Assembly: GCA_000708835.1 (NCBI GenBank)
Contig: DF237412.1
Span: 11,247 to 75,246 of the forward strand
Origin: Klebsormidium nitens
Lineage: Eukaryota > Plantae > Klebsormidiophyceae
Direction of reading: 5' to 3'
Length of the DNA: 64,000 nucleotides
Positions 60,764 through 64,000 of this stretch are shown in pieces; positions within the stretch are counted from its first letter, which is position 1; each line of letters starts with the position of its first letter. The notes beneath the pieces were generated by a model, which saw nothing but the letters and a program-made list of their open reading frames with translations, had not been told where the DNA came from and ran no database searches. The translations under genes and the position numbers were made by a program.

Positions 60764-63700
60764 TTATATGGGGCGCGCAGATGCTGGAATTACGCGGCCC
60801 CCGGTGGTCCTTCCTCTACCTCTGCCACCCCTGCCACCCCTGGCCCTCCCCCTCTCCCGTCCTGCCGCCGCTGCTGGTGCCCCCCCTTCGCCCCCAACTG
60901 CCAGGCGGACTCCTCCGCCGGAGCCTCTGATGAGTTCACCTCCCGCTATAGCTGGCGCTGCGCTCCCCCCCTCAGTCGCAGCCCCCGCCCCAGGCACGAC
61001 CCCTTCAGCGCCTGGCACCGTCGCAGGCCCGAGTTGGACGCCAGACGTGTTTGAGGGCCTGATGATGGAGGCGCTGGCTGCGGCGCGCTCTCCACTTGGG
61101 TCATTGTCTGACTCCCCCTCTTCTTCCTCGCCGGTGAGCTTTCCAACTATGTTCTTGTAGCCCAGGAAAACTCGAGTGATTTCTGGTCCCAACTTTGCCA
61201 GCTTGTTATTGATCTGCGCCTGGCTCCTACTCACCAGCTGCCCCCGCCTCCGAGCCCGCTCGATTGTTTGCTCCGCCGCTTTGCTTCCGTCCCCCAAATA
61301 GCGCCTCTCGTTTCTGCTGACGGGCACAGTGACCGTCTGCGCAAGAGCAATTCGCTCTCGCCCCTTTGCCATCACCTGCAGGTTGCGACCCTTTTGTTGC
61401 TTCTCGTCCACCAACCGTCGATTGGTGAATAACAGCATGTCTGTTTTCCCCTCCTTCAGCTTGGCCTCCACAAACTGCTGTGACATGTCGGAGATGTCGA
61501 CCGGGAACCGCTGCACCATCTCAGGTACGTGGCTCATTGCCTGGTGCATATAGAGCGTTGCTCTATCTGTCCCAAGCTCCGCGGTGTAGCTCTCGACGTA
61601 CGCCACTGCTTTGTCTTGCACAACAATGCTCTTGCCCAGTCGCTCCTCCGCATCCTCAGGGTTGGTGAGGGGTTTCAGCAGCTCGGTGTAAAAGCTCGCC
61701 AGGTTGTCCCAAATCTTCCTGGCAGCGGCGCGCTTGGCGTCGTCCAGGATGGCGATGTCAAGGAAGGTGTTGTATGCGTCTGGGTGCAACAGCACCCTTG
61801 CTTCCCTGCAGAATGTGACAAGGGTTTTGATTAGAATATTTCATTTGTTTGCAGGAAGGATTATTGGTCAGAAGCAAGCAAAGAGCCAAGAGGGCGTGAC
61901 AGCAGTAGGCATAAGACCTCAAGACCAGCAGAGCATACTTAGAGTCAGAGCTACAAGAGTCAGTGCAGTACCTGGTAAAACAGCATGAGCTCAGGATGCC
62001 TCAGGTTGACTTAAGAGTTGCGCAGGTTGACTTAAGAGTTGCGCACGCAGGCTGATCCTCGATCATTCCCAAAGTTCAAGGCCGGGTTGATTGCACTTGC
62101 TCGTCTCATTTGAGTCGAGCTTGTCCTTGGTTTAATTCCAAGGCCGGTCAGAAGCAGAGCCAATTGCGCGGGGTGGTTCAGCTCTGGACGCTCCCAGGAG
62201 GGGCCTGTGCAAGCAGAATTATGTTGCATAAGAAGTCAACATGAAGGTGAGACACCGCCTCTTGAGCCACTCTACTTACCTGCCAATGAAGTTGATGTCT
62301 TGAGTGTCCTTCTTTTTGTCGCCGCTGGTCTTTCGCTGCTCCAGCTTTTTGCACCCAAGGTGGAGGGCTTTGATCAAGGCGTTGACAGCCTCAGTCTTTT
62401 CGGGGGTGTTGAGGTTCTCAGCCACGGTCCGGAGAAAGGTGATGGCCATCAGTCGTAGTAGAAGGTGTAGGATGCAAATCACGTAGGCCGTGATGGGGAA
62501 CTTGAAGAGTGGCGGTGTGCCAAACCTCATGCCAGCGTGCGATTGCTGGAAGTTTTTGACCTGTTGTTTGGTTTCAGGGGCTTTGGAGTTTTTGACCGCG
62601 TCTTGGTCGGGGAAGGGTTCGTGATAGTAGGGGCAGTCGACGTCTGGTCCGGTTGTCCATGGGCGGTGTGTCGCCGCGGCCATACTTTCCGTCGTGCAGG
62701 GTTTCGCAGGTAGGGGTACTTTCCAGCCCTCGGCGTTCAGGCACGCCTTCCCGTAGTTGTCTTTGTGCTGCTCACAGAAGCAGCACCCCGTGAGTGCTGA
62801 GGCTCCAGAGTGGCCGAGGAGCTCGCACATGAGGACGTAATCTGCCCCCAGGGTCTGGTCCACGTCGTAGGCTGTGTTGTCAATCTGCATCCCCCCGTAC
62901 GCCAGGTCATCCATGTGCTCTAGGAAGGGTTGCAGGTACTCTTGGTAGGTCGAGTACTTGTCTTTCCCCTCGAAGATTAGGGCGACCCGCATGTCTTTGG
63001 GGGAATGGGTTACGACCCTCTGGTTTCCGAGGAGCTTAAACCCCCATATGCTATGCGACTGGCCCCTTATCCATCCGGCAGCGTCACCCCCCCAATGCAA
63101 CCACAACTTGTCCTTAGCCAGTTGCGCGCGGCTCTGCAGGTACCCCTTTTCCCGGTCCTGCTTGACGGTTTCCTCGATGAGCTGCTTGAGATCTGCCCAG
63201 CACGCCGTGCCATCCTTGTTTTGGAGGAGGGGGATGATGGCGTGGAGGGCTTCCCGGTGGTCGTTGACACGGTTTTTGGACTTCAAGAGAGGTAGGAAAA
63301 TCTTGCTCCCCTTCCCCATGATCTCCAGGGGGATCCACTCCTTGAGGCGCGGATCGTAGGTTTTGCCGAGCAGGTTAATGAGGGCCTGCCACTTCCCCCC
63401 ATGACCGACCTTGCAGTGAATCTGCACAGCTAGACACTGGTTGAGCGTCCAAGCCTCTTCAATGGCCTTAACCACTGCGCGCTGATGGGGATGCAGCCAG
63501 ACAGGGTGCAGGCGGCACAGCTTCTCAAAGGCTGCTTTACTGTTTACAGCGTCTGTTGTAATGAGCTGATACTCTTTGCGGTGGCGGATATAATTCTGGT
63601 AGAGGGCGTTTTGACGGGTCTCCAGGCTGACAAAACCGTCGCGTAACAGGCTTTCAACCCTTTTAGCCATCTTTACCAATGTAGGCTTACTGTTACCGCC

Positions 63701-64000
63701 CTGCATTCTCCTCTCCTTTACAGCAGCAACCAGGATGCTTGGGCTCTGCTTGCGCAACTGATTGCGGTGCTGAACTCGGAGGGCTTGACTCTGCATGTGT
63801 TGCTGTGTCAGCCTCTTGTGTAGATTTTCAAGCTGCTCGGCGTGCTCTGCTCTCATGGACGCAATCTGTGCCTGTGCAGCTGTAACATATGCATCGTATC
63901 TCTGCTGAACCACGTCGGCTTCCCTGCTCAAACGCTCTGTAACTGATCGGACAGCAAGCGTCCTTTTAGGAGGTGGGGCAGCAAATCTACCCCCTGCTCG
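60764..64000 (-). mobile_element. RAG1-core/Transib/Chapaev-like DDE transposase gene, 2 exons, at least 920 aa, 5' end beyond the window
   Basis: Frame is open from 64000 to 62280; intron 62279-61806 (CAG|GTAAGT ... CTGCAG|G); exon 61805-60764. Motifs in RAG1 order: WGGD (63083-63085), GADYVLMCELLGHSGASALTGCCFC (D at 62840-62842, CxxC), CILHLLLR, FIGREARVLL across the splice, YMHQAMSHVPEM, SQQFVE (E at 61466-61468). Confidence 0.85.
62002..62043. repeat. 21-bp perfect tandem duplication in the transposase intron
   Basis: CAGGTTGACTTAAGAGTTGCG x2. Confidence 0.95.

Noticed and set aside
60768-61160. Pro/Ala-rich plus-strand ORF antisense to the transposase tail
   Set aside because: Explained as the complement of the GC-rich, low-complexity Gly/Arg tail.

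Overview
Intron-rich eukaryotic nuclear DNA (GT-AG introns, about half GC). The gene content (a DapF with an N-terminal extension, a PPR-like gene, a Tubby gene) points to a green alga or early streptophyte; the style resembles Klebsormidium, but that is inference. Spliced models built by hand: a divergent Tubby-like gene, two orphan genes, a 14-exon gene fusing a GT4 glycosyltransferase to an NT5C/HAD phosphatase, a TMEM144-like DMT transporter, diaminopimelate epimerase, a PPR-like gene with a decayed partial duplicate, and an apparently intact RAG1/Transib/Chapaev-like DDE transposase running off the right edge. Small mobile or structural elements: a 230-bp foldback (801-1031), a 198-bp TIR element with telomere-like filler (24055-24252) and a PIF/Harbinger-type MITE with TTA TSD (52166-52736). 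Much of 1-8.6 kb, 14-16 kb and 20-26 kb is decayed coding-like sequence. No rRNA, tRNA or CRISPR array was seen. The two strongest leads are the RAG1-core-like transposase (with a convergent partner ORF) and the GT4-NT5C fusion, a candidate one-polypeptide sugar-phosphate synthase/phosphatase.
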